Source: an uncultured Acidobacteriota bacterium
Lineage (GTDB): Bacteria > Acidobacteriota > UBA6911
DNA: 64,000 bases
Assembly (NCBI GenBank): GCA_963827655.1
Contig: CAWHCF010000021.1
Span: 1-64,000, forward strand
Reading direction: 5' to 3'
A program made the translations under genes and the position numbers. Below, in pieces: positions 49,139 to 60,554 of this stretch. The notes beneath the pieces were generated by a model that was not told the DNA's origin, searched no databases, and worked only from the letters and a program-made list of their open reading frames with translations. How positions within the stretch are numbered: position 1 is the first letter of the stretch; each line of letters opens with the position of its first letter.

Positions 49139-51934
49139 ATGAGACACAATCCATCGTCGGCGCTGAGCCGCGACATCCACCTGCTCGGCGATTTACTCGG
49201 GGACGTGCTGCTCGATCAGGAGGGGCGGCGCGTATTCGAAATTGAAGAAAGTCTGCGCAGCTCCGCGAAGCGCATGCGGCGGCGTTTTTCCCGCGAGGAA
49301 GTCCGCGCAATGGAGCGCCTGGTGCGCCGCCTCGACGTCGAGACGGCGGCGGCCAGCCTGCGCGCCTTCACCGTTTATTTCCAGCTCATCAACGAGGCCG
49401 AGCAAAAAGAGATCGTACGGGTCAACCGCGCTCGCGAGTTCGAGTCGGGCGCGAAGCCGCGCGCCGAGTCCATTGCCGAGGCGGTCTACTGGGCGAAGAA
49501 CGCGGGCCTCGGGAGCGCCGAGTTCCAGGATCTTCTGCGACGCCTGAAAGTGCAGCCGGTTCTTACCGCGCATCCCACCGAGGCGAAGCGCCGGACCGTG
49601 CTCGAGAAACTGAAACAGATCTCGGCGCTTCTGTTCGCGCTCGATGTCCCGGTCCTGCTGCCCGGCGACCAGGAGCGCATCATCGCCGGGATCCGGCGCC
49701 AGATCGTTGCGCTCTGGCACACCGACGAAGTCCGAGCCACGCGGTTGACCCCGGTGGACGAGGTCGACAATAGCCTGTACTTCTTCGACCAGACCATCTT
49801 CGCCCTCGCTCCCGAGCTCCACCGCGACATGGACCGCGCCCTCCGGCGCTACTATCCCGGGCATCGGTTTGAGATCCCGCCTCTGGTTCACTTCGGCTCC
49901 TGGGTGGGCGGCGATCGGGACGGCAACCCCAACGTCACACCGGAGATTACCCGGAGCTCCGTTCGGGCACATCTCGCGCTCTCGCTGCGGCGCTATATAG
50001 AGGCGATCGGCAACCTCCGGCGCGATCTGAGCGAATCGATCCGTCTCGTGAATGTGAGTGATGAGCTCCTGGCGTCCATCGACGAGGACCGCCGCGTGAT
50101 CACCCTGGACCAGGAGACGATGCGTCGCTATATAGTCGAGCCTTACCGCCTCAAGCTCTGGTTTGTCGAACGGCGCCTCCGCCACACGCTGGCTGCCGTC
50201 GCCGAAGGAAGACCGGCGGACGCGCCGGGCTATCCCTCGGCTGCCGCTTTTCTCGCCGACCTCGAACTGATCCGCGACAGCCTGCGCGCAAACAAGGGGG
50301 CGGCGCTGGCCGACAGCGGCCTGCTCCCCGACCTGATGCTTCAGGTCGGGACCTTCGGTTTCCGGCTGGCCGAGCTCGACGTGAGGCAGCACAGCGAGGA
50401 GCACGAGCGCGCTCTCACCGACATCTTCGCCGCCCTGCGGATGCTTCCAAAGCCCTACTCGGAGCTGGGTGAAAGCGAAAAGGCCAGGCTTCTCACGACG
50501 ATTTTGCTGGAGCCGCGGCCGCTGATCAGCCCGGTGGTGGCGCTTCCGCCCGAGACTCAAAAGACCGTCGACGTTTTCCGCGCCATCCGAGAGAGCCAGG
50601 CAAGCTTCGGCTCCGACGTGATTCGCTGCTATGTCATCAGCTTCACGCACGCGGTCAGCGACGTGCTGGAGGTGTTGCTTCTGGCCAAAGAGGCCGGGCT
50701 GTTCCGCTGGCGCGCCGGCGGCGGGGGCCTCGCCTCGGAGAGCGACATCGATATCGCGCCGCTCTTCGAGACCGTCGACGACCTGCGAGGCGCCGGCCGG
50801 CTGCTCGACGCCCTCTTCGCCAATCCGGCCTACCGGCATCAGCTCGACGCCCGGGGCCGCTTTCAGGAAGTGATGCTCGGCTACTCGGACAGCAATAAGG
50901 ACGGCGGCTATCTGTCGGCCAATTGGGAGTTGTACAAGGGGCAGGACACGATCGTCCGGACCTGCCGGAATCACAGCGTTGCCTGGCGCTTCTTTCACGG
51001 GCGCGGCGGAAGCATCGGCCGTGGCGGTGGCCGCGCCGGTCAGGCGATTCTGGCGCAGCCGAACGGGAGCGTGGCCGGGCGCTTCCGCTTCACCGAGCAG
51101 GGGGAGGTGATCTCGTTCCGCTACTCGCTTCTGCCCCTGGCCCACCGGCACGTGGAGCAGATTCTACACGCCGTCCTGCTCACCAACGCCCCTGAAACCG
51201 AGAAGCGCTGGCACCGGCACGTCCGCCGGGATTGGCTCGAGGAGATGGAAGAGGTGGCTGAGATTTCGCGCCGGGCTTACCGCGAGCTGATCTACGACGA
51301 CCCGGAGTTCTGGAGCTTTTACGTGCAGGCGACGCCGGTCGGCTACATCAGCCGCCTCCCCATTGCGTCCCGTCCTGCGCATCGCAAGGGACTCGAGCAT
51401 CTCGAGGATCTGCGCGCAATCCCGTGGGTCTTCAGCTGGACCCAGACGCGCATGATGCTACCCACCTGGTACGGCGTCGGGACCGCCCTCCATGACCGCC
51501 TCCACAAGGCGGCGGGCGCCAGGAGATACCGCGAGATGTACCGAAGCTGGCCTTTCTTTCGCACCGTCGTCGACAACTGCGCCATGGGAGTGGCCAAGGC
51601 CGACATGCACGCGGCGCGGCAGTACGTCCGCCTGGTGGAACCTCCCGCGCTCGGGCGCCGCATCTTCCGAACGATCACCCGGGAATTCGAGCGTACCCGC
51701 GGCGTGCTGCTCAAAATCAGCCGTCAACGGCAGATCCTCGACAATGCGCCCGCGATCCAGCGCTCGATCCGGGTGCGCAATCCCTATACCGATCCCTTGA
51801 ATTTCATCCAGGCCGAGCTGCTGCGGCGCGCGCGGAACCTCGAGGGCAAAGGAGGACCGGAGCTCGAGCGCCTCAACTCCGCGATTCTACTGAGCATCAA
51901 CGGTATCGCCGCGGCCATGCAGGAGACAGGGTAA
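49139..51934 (+). CDS. ppc: Phosphoenolpyruvate carboxylase
   Basis: VLTAHPTE, SWVGGDRDGNP, PLFET, VMLGYSDSNKDGG, FHGRGGSIGRGG, LRAIPWVFSW and C-terminal 'GIAAAMQETG'. Confidence 0.97.
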   Translation: MRHNPSSALSRDIHLLGDLLGDVLLDQEGRRVFEIEESLRSSAKRMRRRFSREEVRAMERLVRRLDVETAAASLRAFTVYFQLINEAEQKEIVRVNRAREFESGAKPRAESIAEAVYWAKNAGLGSAEFQDLLRRLKVQPVLTAHPTEAKRRTVLEKLKQISALLFALDVPVLLPGDQERIIAGIRRQIVALWHTDEVRATRLTPVDEVDNSLYFFDQTIFALAPELHRDMDRALRRYYPGHRFEIPPLVHFGSWVGGDRDGNPNVTPEITRSSVRAHLALSLRRYIEAIGNLRRDLSESIRLVNVSDELLASIDEDRRVITLDQETMRRYIVEPYRLKLWFVERRLRHTLAAVAEGRPADAPGYPSAAAFLADLELIRDSLRANKGAALADSGLLPDLMLQVGTFGFRLAELDVRQHSEEHERALTDIFAALRMLPKPYSELGESEKARLLTTILLEPRPLISPVVALPPETQKTVDVFRAIRESQASFGSDVIRCYVISFTHAVSDVLEVLLLAKEAGLFRWRAGGGGLASESDIDIAPLFETVDDLRGAGRLLDALFANPAYRHQLDARGRFQEVMLGYSDSNKDGGYLSANWELYKGQDTIVRTCRNHSVAWRFFHGRGGSIGRGGGRAGQAILAQPNGSVAGRFRFTEQGEVISFRYSLLPLAHRHVEQILHAVLLTNAPETEKRWHRHVRRDWLEEMEEVAEISRRAYRELIYDDPEFWSFYVQATPVGYISRLPIASRPAHRKGLEHLEDLRAIPWVFSWTQTRMMLPTWYGVGTALHDRLHKAAGARRYREMYRSWPFFRTVVDNCAMGVAKADMHAARQYVRLVEPPALGRRIFRTITREFERTRGVLLKISRQRQILDNAPAIQRSIRVRNPYTDPLNFIQAELLRRARNLEGKGGPELERLNSAILLSINGIAAAMQETG

Positions 51935-51940
51935 AAAAGC

Positions 51941-52051
51941 TACCACTAAGACGCGAAGACGCGTGAAGCGCCTCGGATTATTCGTGTCCCGCTTCGCACC
52001 ATTACCGTCTTAGTGTTTCTTCGTGTCTTTGTGTCCTGGTGGTATTTGTTT
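51941..52051. repeat. Nonamer-arm inverted repeat pair
   Basis: taccactaagacgcgaagacgc ... gtcttagtgtttcttcgtgtctttgtgtcctggtggtatttgtt, between convergent genes. Confidence 0.8.
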
Positions 52052-52056
52052 CGAAG

Positions 52057-53061
52057 TCAGCGGGAAGAACGAAACCACACGACTTTGTCGGGTCGCGCGC
52101 CGGTCAGCGGCTCGCCATCGGAGTTTACATCCACCGAATGATGTCCCTTCGATTCGACACAGCCGATGATTTTTCCGGTTTTGCGATCGACTTTCACCAG
52201 CCAGGGCTCGACGCCGTTCGCGACATTGTGCGGCTGCGTACCGATCCAGAGGTCGCCGCCCGGTGTCACCGTGATGGAGAAGGTTTTGCCGAGATCATTC
52301 CACTCGCCCAGATAGCGGCCTTCGAGGTCGAACCGCTGGATACGGCCATTCTCGCGATCGGCGACGTAGATGATGCCCTCGCGATCTATGGTGAGGCCGT
52401 GCGGCAGCCTGAACTCGCCCGGACCTGTTCCGGGGCTTCCCCACTCACGGATGCGCTTCCCGTTCGCGCGGTATTCGAGGATACGCGCGTTGGCGTATCC
52501 ATCGGAAATGAAGACCCGCTCGCCCGGACCGAAGGCGATGTCGGTCGTGCCGCAAAACTCGCTCCTCGGATTAGTGGGAAGCCCGCCAACATTGATCTCA
52601 AGCAGGAGTTTGCCCTCGGGAGAGAACTTGTAGACCATCGAACTGGCCGCATCCGCCGTCCAGACATTCCCGGAGGGATCGATCCGGATGCTGTGCGGAA
52701 TCTTGTAGAGCCCTTTGCCCCACGAGCGCAGGATCCGGCCGTCGCGATCCACGACGATGACAGGGTCAGCCTTCGCTCCGCGCTGGAGCAAATAGATGAT
52801 GCCCTTGCGATCGACGGCAACGGAAGAGACCATCTCCAGGCTCCAGTCAGGCCGCGGAGCCTGGACCGTAAGCTCGCCCATCTTCAATGGCAGGCGGGGC
52901 GAACCGCGCAGCAGCACGCGCAGTTTCTCGGCCCGAGCGTCCAGTTCCTCCTTACTCGGAGCCTGGGCGAAGAGCGGCAGCGAAAGGAACAGCGCGGCGA
53001 AACAAATACCACGAAGACGCGAAGGCACGAAGAAACACCAAGAATATGACTCGACACTCAC
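52057..53061 (-). CDS. NHL-repeat beta-propeller (peptidyl-alpha-hydroxyglycine lyase-like)
   Basis: 'PHSIRID..GNVW..D', 'DGYANARI', 'PGEFRLPHG' and 'ADRENGRIQ'; the GTG start overlaps the upstream stop. Confidence 0.88.
   Translation of the reverse strand: MSVESYSWCFFVPSRLRGICFAALFLSLPLFAQAPSKEELDARAEKLRVLLRGSPRLPLKMGELTVQAPRPDWSLEMVSSVAVDRKGIIYLLQRGAKADPVIVVDRDGRILRSWGKGLYKIPHSIRIDPSGNVWTADAASSMVYKFSPEGKLLLEINVGGLPTNPRSEFCGTTDIAFGPGERVFISDGYANARILEYRANGKRIREWGSPGTGPGEFRLPHGLTIDREGIIYVADRENGRIQRFDLEGRYLGEWNDLGKTFSITVTPGGDLWIGTQPHNVANGVEPWLVKVDRKTGKIIGCVESKGHHSVDVNSDGEPLTGARPDKVVWFRSSR
53000..53043 (+). repeat. Nonamer-arm repeat inside the 5' end of a coding sequence
   Basis: aaacaaataccacgaagacgcgaaggcacgaagaaacaccaag. 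Confidence 0.85.
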
Positions 53062-54017
53062 GAGGACTTCTTGCGCGCGTCGAGAATGGGGATGACCGTG
53101 ACCTTGCGGAACCAGACCCTCTCATGATCGCCCTGAACCATGATCGGTCCCGGGTCCAGTTCGTTCGCGTCGAGGGCGCCTCCGGTGAGGCCTTCGATCA
53201 CGGCATTGTCGTGCACCTTCTTGCCGTTAAGGAAAATTGTCACTCGATTGCCTACCAGCGTAGCTTCCATGGACTGCCATTCGGCGGGCGGCTTGCTGGC
53301 GTTTACGTCCGGCGCCTTGCGCGCGTAAATGGCCATATGGCCATGGCTCTCCGGCTCTTTGCCGGCGTCGTCGAGCAGCTGCAGCTCATAACGCCCGCGC
53401 AGATAGATGCCGCTGTTGCTTCCCTTCTCGAGCTTGTACTCAGCCTGGATCCTGAAGTCCTGAAACTTTTCCTGCGAAACCAGGTTGTTGGCGTGCGACT
53501 CGTTCGTCATGACGCCGTCCTCTATCTTCCAGCCCATGGGCTTCTCTTTGTGCTGAACCGTCCATGCGTCCAGAGACTTGCCGTTGAACAACTCGACCGG
53601 TTTTCCCAGAGTGTGTTTCGCGTTAGCGTCGTACGAGCCCCATTGGGGCGGACGCACGCCGGCAACATTCACCGCATCGCTGCCCGATTTCACGGTGCCG
53701 GTGAGTCCTTTGCCTGCCGCCTTGAGCTGTACCTCCGGCGCCGGCCGGTCCGGGCGGGAACGAAGCGTGAACGTCAGCTGGTCTTTCTCGAGCTTGATGT
53801 TCTCGACCGGGACGGGGCTACCGCCGCGGTTCAGAAACAGCGCGCTGAGTTTCCCTCCGTCCTCTTTCACTTCCAGCCAGTAAACCTGATTCGCGTGTGG
53901 CCCCTGGCCGGTGATGTTCCATTTGCCGAGGAACGGATTCTGTTGCGCATGCGTCATCATCACTCCCGTTACCAGAACCAGAATTGCTGCCAACCGTCTT
54001 GCAAGCCGCATTCCCAT
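53058..54017 (-). CDS. DUF1080 / 3-keto-glycoside hydrolase family protein with an N-terminal beta domain
   Basis: Signal peptide, 'LFNGKSLDAW', 'NSGIYLRGRYELQ', 'GPIMVQGDH' and 'FRK'. Confidence 0.88.
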   Translation of the reverse strand: MGMRLARRLAAILVLVTGVMMTHAQQNPFLGKWNITGQGPHANQVYWLEVKEDGGKLSALFLNRGGSPVPVENIKLEKDQLTFTLRSRPDRPAPEVQLKAAGKGLTGTVKSGSDAVNVAGVRPPQWGSYDANAKHTLGKPVELFNGKSLDAWTVQHKEKPMGWKIEDGVMTNESHANNLVSQEKFQDFRIQAEYKLEKGSNSGIYLRGRYELQLLDDAGKEPESHGHMAIYARKAPDVNASKPPAEWQSMEATLVGNRVTIFLNGKKVHDNAVIEGLTGGALDANELDPGPIMVQGDHERVWFRKVTVIPILDARKKSS

Positions 54018-54302
54018 AAGCCTCCTTCCAGGTGAGAAAATGCTCCTCGGATTATTCGCCACGTGGCCTGTGAGATCAACTCCAATCGGCGCAAGGCATG
54101 GACGTATCCGGTCGGTTGGTTGTTTGACGAGGAGTTTGATTCGTTTTGCCATTCTCATTCTCCGTATTCTGGGCCACACCTACAAAGCCGCGAAGGGCTA
54201 GGAACGACGACCGATTATCTGGTATCGTACGCGAAAGCGCAGCGGCGGGTACGGAAACGAGGTTCACCGTCGTCCGAGAGATTTCAAAGAGGGAAACCAG
54301 CT

Positions 54303-54530
54303 ATGGAGATTTTTCCAGGCATCTCAATGGATCCGGCGATACGCTTCGGCAAACCGTGTCTCATCGGTACTCGCATAGACGTCGCTACCGTTATGGGCGC
54401 ACTCGCGGCCGGTGAGAGCTTCGATGAAGTGGAAAAATCGTACCGTCTTACCCGAGAACAGATCCTGGCTGCGCTTCGTTACGCCGCACACGTTGCTGCT
54501 CATTTGCCGCCAGCGGTCGAAGTCTCGTGA
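54303..54530 (+). CDS. DUF433 family antitoxin
   Basis: 'DP.IRFGKPCLIGTRI.V', 'Y.LTREQI.AAL.YA'. Confidence 0.9.
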   Translation: MEIFPGISMDPAIRFGKPCLIGTRIDVATVMGALAAGESFDEVEKSYRLTREQILAALRYAAHVAAHLPPAVEVS

Positions 54531-54892
54531 AAATATTGCTCGACGAGAACTTCCCCCTCCAGCTCTACGATCGTTTGCGACTGGAGGGTTACGAGGTAGA
54601 GCACATCATTGTTCTCGGCCAACGGGGGCTTTTAGACTCTGCCATTCGAAAGCGGGTGGCATCTGAGGAACTTCTCCTGCTCACGCAGGACGCAGAATTC
54701 GAAGACATACCGGGCAACTACCGTGGGACCATCATCATCTCACGCGTGCGGCAGAGCCTGCCAATTCAAGATAGAACTGCAATCTGGTTTGGAGCAATCG
54801 AGAGATTCATTGCGCAGAGGCCCGCGGGAAAGCTGTTTGACCTGCTCGAAACAGGCGAGATCGTAGCGTGGGACATTCGTCACACGGAATAG
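54527..54892 (+). CDS. DUF5615 / Mut7-like PIN toxin (VapC45-like)
   Basis: 'KILLDEN', 'G..DSAI' and 'LLTQD.EF'; GTGA overlap with DUF433. Confidence 0.88.
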   Translation: MKILLDENFPLQLYDRLRLEGYEVEHIIVLGQRGLLDSAIRKRVASEELLLLTQDAEFEDIPGNYRGTIIISRVRQSLPIQDRTAIWFGAIERFIAQRPAGKLFDLLETGEIVAWDIRHTE

Positions 54893-54941
54893 CCTCCCCA
54901 GTTCTTGGATTTGCTAGCACCAATCGATACTGTGACAAAGT

Positions 54942-55020
54942 TTCTTGGTGTTTCTTAGCGTCTTCGTGTCTTCGTGGTTAGCGCTGCCAAACAAATACCG
55001 CTAAGACACGAAGAAACACC
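54942..55020. repeat. Nonamer-arm inverted repeat element (complete form)
   Basis: cttggtgtttcttagcgtcttcgtgtcttcgtggttag-cgctgcca-aacaaataccgctaagacacgaagaaacacc. Confidence 0.85.
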
Positions 55021-55022
55021 TT

Positions 55023-57212
55023 CTATCTCAGGAATCCGTCCGGCAGTCCGCCATCGACGGGGAGAACGTGACCGGTGGTTTTGGACAGCTGCCGCGAAAC
55101 CAGCAGGAAGATAGCTTCGGCCTGGTCATCGGGGTAGATGGGAGCCTGTGTCAGCGAGCGTTTGGCGTAGAATGCAGCCAGCTTATCCCGCAGTTCTTCG
55201 GTCGCTTCCTCTTCGCCGAAGGGAATCTGGTATTTCACCAGAGCCGAGATCACCCGTTCGCGGGAGAACATGGCGCTGCCCTTGATGACCGTCGCGGGAG
55301 CCACAGCATTCACCCGCACCAGCGGCGACATCTCAATGGCCAGCTCGCGCACCAGATGGTTGGCCGCCGCCTTGCTGGTGTCGTATGCCAGGCTTCCCTT
55401 CTTGGCCACGATTGCGTTGGCGCTCGTGGTCATGACGATGCTGGCCGGCAGGCCCTGACGCTGGAAAACTCTGTACGCCTCATCAGCCACGAGATAGGCT
55501 CCCGTAACATTGATGGAGAACGTGCGCACCCACTGGCTGTCCTCGATGCGACCGGATCTATCCGGCGGAACGAAGATCCCTGCCGTGATGACAACCGCGT
55601 CCAGGCCACCGTAGGCAAGCATCACGTCGCCGAACATCCGGGCGACACTCTCACGGCTGGTGATGTCGCACGCAAGTCCCGTGGCCGGCCCGCAGCTGCT
55701 GATGCCGCTGCCCGCGAGGCCAATCCCCGCGCCATAACGGGCAATGATCTCCTGCGCCGTCGCCTTCGCTGCCGTTTCATCCAGGTCGACGCACACCACG
55801 TGCGCGCCTTCCTTCACCAGGCGGTGCGCGCTCGCCTTTCCGATGCCGCTCCCGGCTCCCACGACGGCGATGATTTGACGGTCAAGCTCTTTCTCCGGCG
55901 GCAGCCGTCGAAGCTTGGCTTCTTCCAGCGACCAGTATTCGATGTCGAAGGCCTCTTGTTCGTCCATGGCCTCGTACCGGTCGATCGCCTCCGCCCCGCG
56001 CATCACCTGGACGGCCCCGTTGTAAAACTCGGCGGTCACACGCGACTCGCTCTTGTTCTTTCCCCAGGCGATCATTCCCAGCCCCGGAATCAGCACGACC
56101 GTCGGGTTCGGGTCGCGCATCGGCGACGAGTCGGGACGCTTGCAGCGGTTGTAGTAACGTTCATAGTCCTGTCGGTACTGAACCAGCCCTTCCGCCAGCG
56201 AGGATTTGAGAGCCTCGATGTCGCCCGTCTCCGGATCCCAGGCGGCAAACAGCGGCTTGATCTTGGTGCGCAAGAAGTGGTCGGGGCACGAGGTGCCGAG
56301 CGCAGCCAGGCGCGGACCATCCACGCTGCTCGTGAAGCGCAGCATTTCCGGGTCATCCTGCACCGTAGCCACAAGCCGCTTGTTGACGGACACCTGCCCC
56401 CGGAGCCAGGGGAGAATCTCGACGATGATACGATGTCTTTCAGACTCCGGCACGGGCCCGAACTTGGGCCCGCCGAAGGTCATCTTGCCGCGGTCCCGCT
56501 GCGCGATATAACGCGCCGCCCGATTGATGATCTCGAGCGCGGTCTCGTAGCAGGTCCGGTCGTCGTCGCTCCAGGAACTCATCCCGTGATGACCGAGCAG
56601 AACCCCTTTGGCCTTTGGATTCTCCTTGATGAGAGACTCGATCAGAAGCCCGATGTCGAACCCCGGACGCTGCCAGGGAACGTAAATCACGTCGTCGCCA
56701 TAAATCTCATGGCAAAGCCGCTCCTGGTGGACCGAAGCCGCGACGGCGATCACCGCGTTCGGATGCAGGTGATCAACATGCTTGTAAGGAACAAAGGTGT
56801 GCAGCGGTGTATCAATGGAACACGCGCGCGGGTTCAAGTTGAAGACGCAATGGCTGTACAGGGGGTACATCTCATCTTCGATCCTGGTCTTCGGTCCCCT
56901 CTCCGGATCGTTGAGATAGAGCGGCCTCATCCTTCGAACCTTCTCGAGATAGAGTGACGCGAAGCCGTCGCGTTTGGCCGTCCGCAGATCTCCCCCGGAA
57001 CCCTTGATCCACAACACCTCCACGCCTTCTCCTGTGAGCGGATCGCTCTCCATGAGCTTGGACGACGTGTTCCCGCCGCCGGTGTTGGTCAGGGTCAGAT
57101 CATCACCGAGCCGGTTGGAGCGGTATACCAGACGGTCCACGCCCGACAGCTTATCGGCGGCCTCTTGCTCCCAGAGGTACTTCACGAACTCGAACGAATC
57201 TTGTTTGCTCAT
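55023..57212 (-). CDS. Bifunctional rhamnulose-1-phosphate aldolase / short-chain dehydrogenase (RhaEW-like)
   Basis: 'TNTGGGNTSSK', 'KGSGGD', 'SIDTPLH', 'HLHP', 'GTSCPDHFLRTK' and 'EYW.LEEAKL'; C-terminal SDR domain with GAGSGIG and YDTSK. Confidence 0.93.
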   Translation of the reverse strand: MSKQDSFEFVKYLWEQEAADKLSGVDRLVYRSNRLGDDLTLTNTGGGNTSSKLMESDPLTGEGVEVLWIKGSGGDLRTAKRDGFASLYLEKVRRMRPLYLNDPERGPKTRIEDEMYPLYSHCVFNLNPRACSIDTPLHTFVPYKHVDHLHPNAVIAVAASVHQERLCHEIYGDDVIYVPWQRPGFDIGLLIESLIKENPKAKGVLLGHHGMSSWSDDDRTCYETALEIINRAARYIAQRDRGKMTFGGPKFGPVPESERHRIIVEILPWLRGQVSVNKRLVATVQDDPEMLRFTSSVDGPRLAALGTSCPDHFLRTKIKPLFAAWDPETGDIEALKSSLAEGLVQYRQDYERYYNRCKRPDSSPMRDPNPTVVLIPGLGMIAWGKNKSESRVTAEFYNGAVQVMRGAEAIDRYEAMDEQEAFDIEYWSLEEAKLRRLPPEKELDRQIIAVVGAGSGIGKASAHRLVKEGAHVVCVDLDETAAKATAQEIIARYGAGIGLAGSGISSCGPATGLACDITSRESVARMFGDVMLAYGGLDAVVITAGIFVPPDRSGRIEDSQWVRTFSINVTGAYLVADEAYRVFQRQGLPASIVMTTSANAIVAKKGSLAYDTSKAAANHLVRELAIEMSPLVRVNAVAPATVIKGSAMFSRERVISALVKYQIPFGEEEATEELRDKLAAFYAKRSLTQAPIYPDDQAEAIFLLVSRQLSKTTGHVLPVDGGLPDGFLR

Positions 57213-57248
57213 AAGTCCTCAACACGAAGACGCTCTGTTTTCATTCCA

Positions 57249-58998
<1,750 letters not shown>

Positions 58999-59018
58999 AG
59001 CGTTTTCTGACCTTTTTT

Positions 59019-59045
59019 CCTGGCGTCTTCGTGTCTTTGCGGTTA
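59019..59045 (-). repeat. Nonamer-arm repeat
   Basis: Reverse complement reads taaccgcaaagacacgaagacgccagg. Confidence 0.75.
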
Positions 59046-59088
59046 TGCGGAAGAATCGCTACGGTCACAAACGGACGGAATTGCGCAT

Positions 59089-59868
59089 TTAGTGGGTCAT
59101 CGCGTATTCGATGACGTTGATGCCTACCCGGTATGCAGCCAGCCCGTATTTCATCGGGTAACGCTGATCGTCGATCCACTCCCAGGCGTCGCCCAGATCG
59201 CAGTTGCGGGCGATGAAGGCGAGCAGCCGCCCTTTCTGGTCTTCGATGCCCATGTAGTGAGGGACAATCCCTCCCTTCTCGTAGGTGATGCCGCGGCCCA
59301 ACCATGCTCCAATGCCCGGCACCTGTACGACCTCGTCGATATCGAAGTAAGAGTGAAAAATCGAATGATCGAGCGGCAGATCTCTTATGTCGCAATCAGG
59401 GAACACCTTCCTCATCTGAGCCCGGACATTTTCCCATTCATAGTCGCCCCAGAAGTCATCCAGAAAAAGGAAACCGCCGCGCAATACGTATTCACGCAGC
59501 CGCTGGGCTTCTTCGTCCGCAAGCTCCATGTAGCCCGGCTCGACAAAGTAAATCAGCGGATAGCCAAAGAGCTTCTCGTCCATGATCTGCATCTGCAGGG
59601 GCTTCTCGGAAATATCCAGATTAGCGCCCGACCAGTAGCGAACTCCCAGAACAAAGTGGTAATCCGCTTCCGGGAAATCTGTCGCCCAGGAGCCTCGCCA
59701 GCCTCTGAACGGAGAATTGTAAATCGTTCGGACGAAGGTAAACTCAGCCGGCCCTTTGGAAGGCTTCCGCTGGCGGCCAGGGGGGCCCGGGGGCTTGTCG
59801 AGCCTGACTTGTCCGATTGCGGATACGACCAGTAGAAGTGCGGCAATGGCTACGATACGTCGTTTCAT
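59089..59868 (-). CDS. DUF4159 domain protein
   Basis: 'W.TDFPEAD', 'YFVEPG', 'LREY.LRGGFL..DDFWG', 'H.IFHS.F' and 'N.DLGDAWE'. Confidence 0.88.
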   Translation of the reverse strand: MKRRIVAIAALLLVVSAIGQVRLDKPPGPPGRQRKPSKGPAEFTFVRTIYNSPFRGWRGSWATDFPEADYHFVLGVRYWSGANLDISEKPLQMQIMDEKLFGYPLIYFVEPGYMELADEEAQRLREYVLRGGFLFLDDFWGDYEWENVRAQMRKVFPDCDIRDLPLDHSIFHSYFDIDEVVQVPGIGAWLGRGITYEKGGIVPHYMGIEDQKGRLLAFIARNCDLGDAWEWIDDQRYPMKYGLAAYRVGINVIEYAMTH

Positions 59869-60096
59869 AGGCGCGTCACCGGCAACCTCAGGGTAAAACG
59901 GTCCTTTACTGATATTGACAGAAACGACTGCAGTGTACTCAATAGTGGGCGTGGTTGGCCACCTTCTTCTGTCAGTCGCGGACGCTGTCGATCGGGAGAC
60001 CCGGTGAAAAAAGCTTCTCGCTCGGTTCGAAACATCATTTCAAGTTCGGAGTATTTCTTGACTGAAGGTATCATTCTAATCAGAGGAGACAATCCA

Positions 60097-60474
60097 ATGA
60101 ACCAACGAGTAGCAAGGTGTGCAGCGGCGATTCTGATTCTGGCCCTCGTCCCGGCCTGGGGTGCGGACGTGTCCGGAAAATGGACGGCACAGGTAGCGGG
60201 GCGCAACGGCCAGACCCGCGAAACCACCTTCACCTTCAAGGTAGAAGGCACCAACCTGACGGGCACGATCTCCGGAAGGCAGGGGGATACCCCGATCGCA
60301 GACGGCAAGGTCAGCGGCGATGAGATCTCCTTCACCGTGACCCAGGAACGGCAAGGCAACAAGATCAAGACGACTTTCAAGGGAAAGGTCTCAGGCAGCG
60401 AAATCAAGTTCACCCGGTCAAGGGAAGGCGGGGAGCAGCCGCAGGAGTTTACCGCCAAGCGAGCCACCACCTAG
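60097..60474 (+). CDS. Small secreted beta-rich hypothetical protein, paralog of 7372-7746
   Basis: GAGGAG SD; signal peptide; ADVSGKWTAQVAGRNGQTRETTFTFKVEG. Confidence 0.85.
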   Translation: MNQRVARCAAAILILALVPAWGADVSGKWTAQVAGRNGQTRETTFTFKVEGTNLTGTISGRQGDTPIADGKVSGDEISFTVTQERQGNKIKTTFKGKVSGSEIKFTRSREGGEQPQEFTAKRATT

Positions 60475-60547
60475 CGTCTTCGAGTCTTCGTGGTTAGCAT
60501 TGCAAAACCAATACCGCTAAGCCACAAAGACTCGAAGAAACACCAAG
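60472..60547. repeat. Nonamer-arm inverted repeat element (complete form)
   Basis: tagcgtcttcgagtcttcgtggttag-cattgcaa-aaccaataccgctaagccacaaagactcgaagaaacaccaag. Confidence 0.85.
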
Positions 60548-60554
60548 AGGTTGA

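Noticed and set aside
59915-59943. TTGACA as a promoter for 60097-60474
   Set aside because: The -35 is perfect, but there is no convincing -10 at 16-18 nt spacing.
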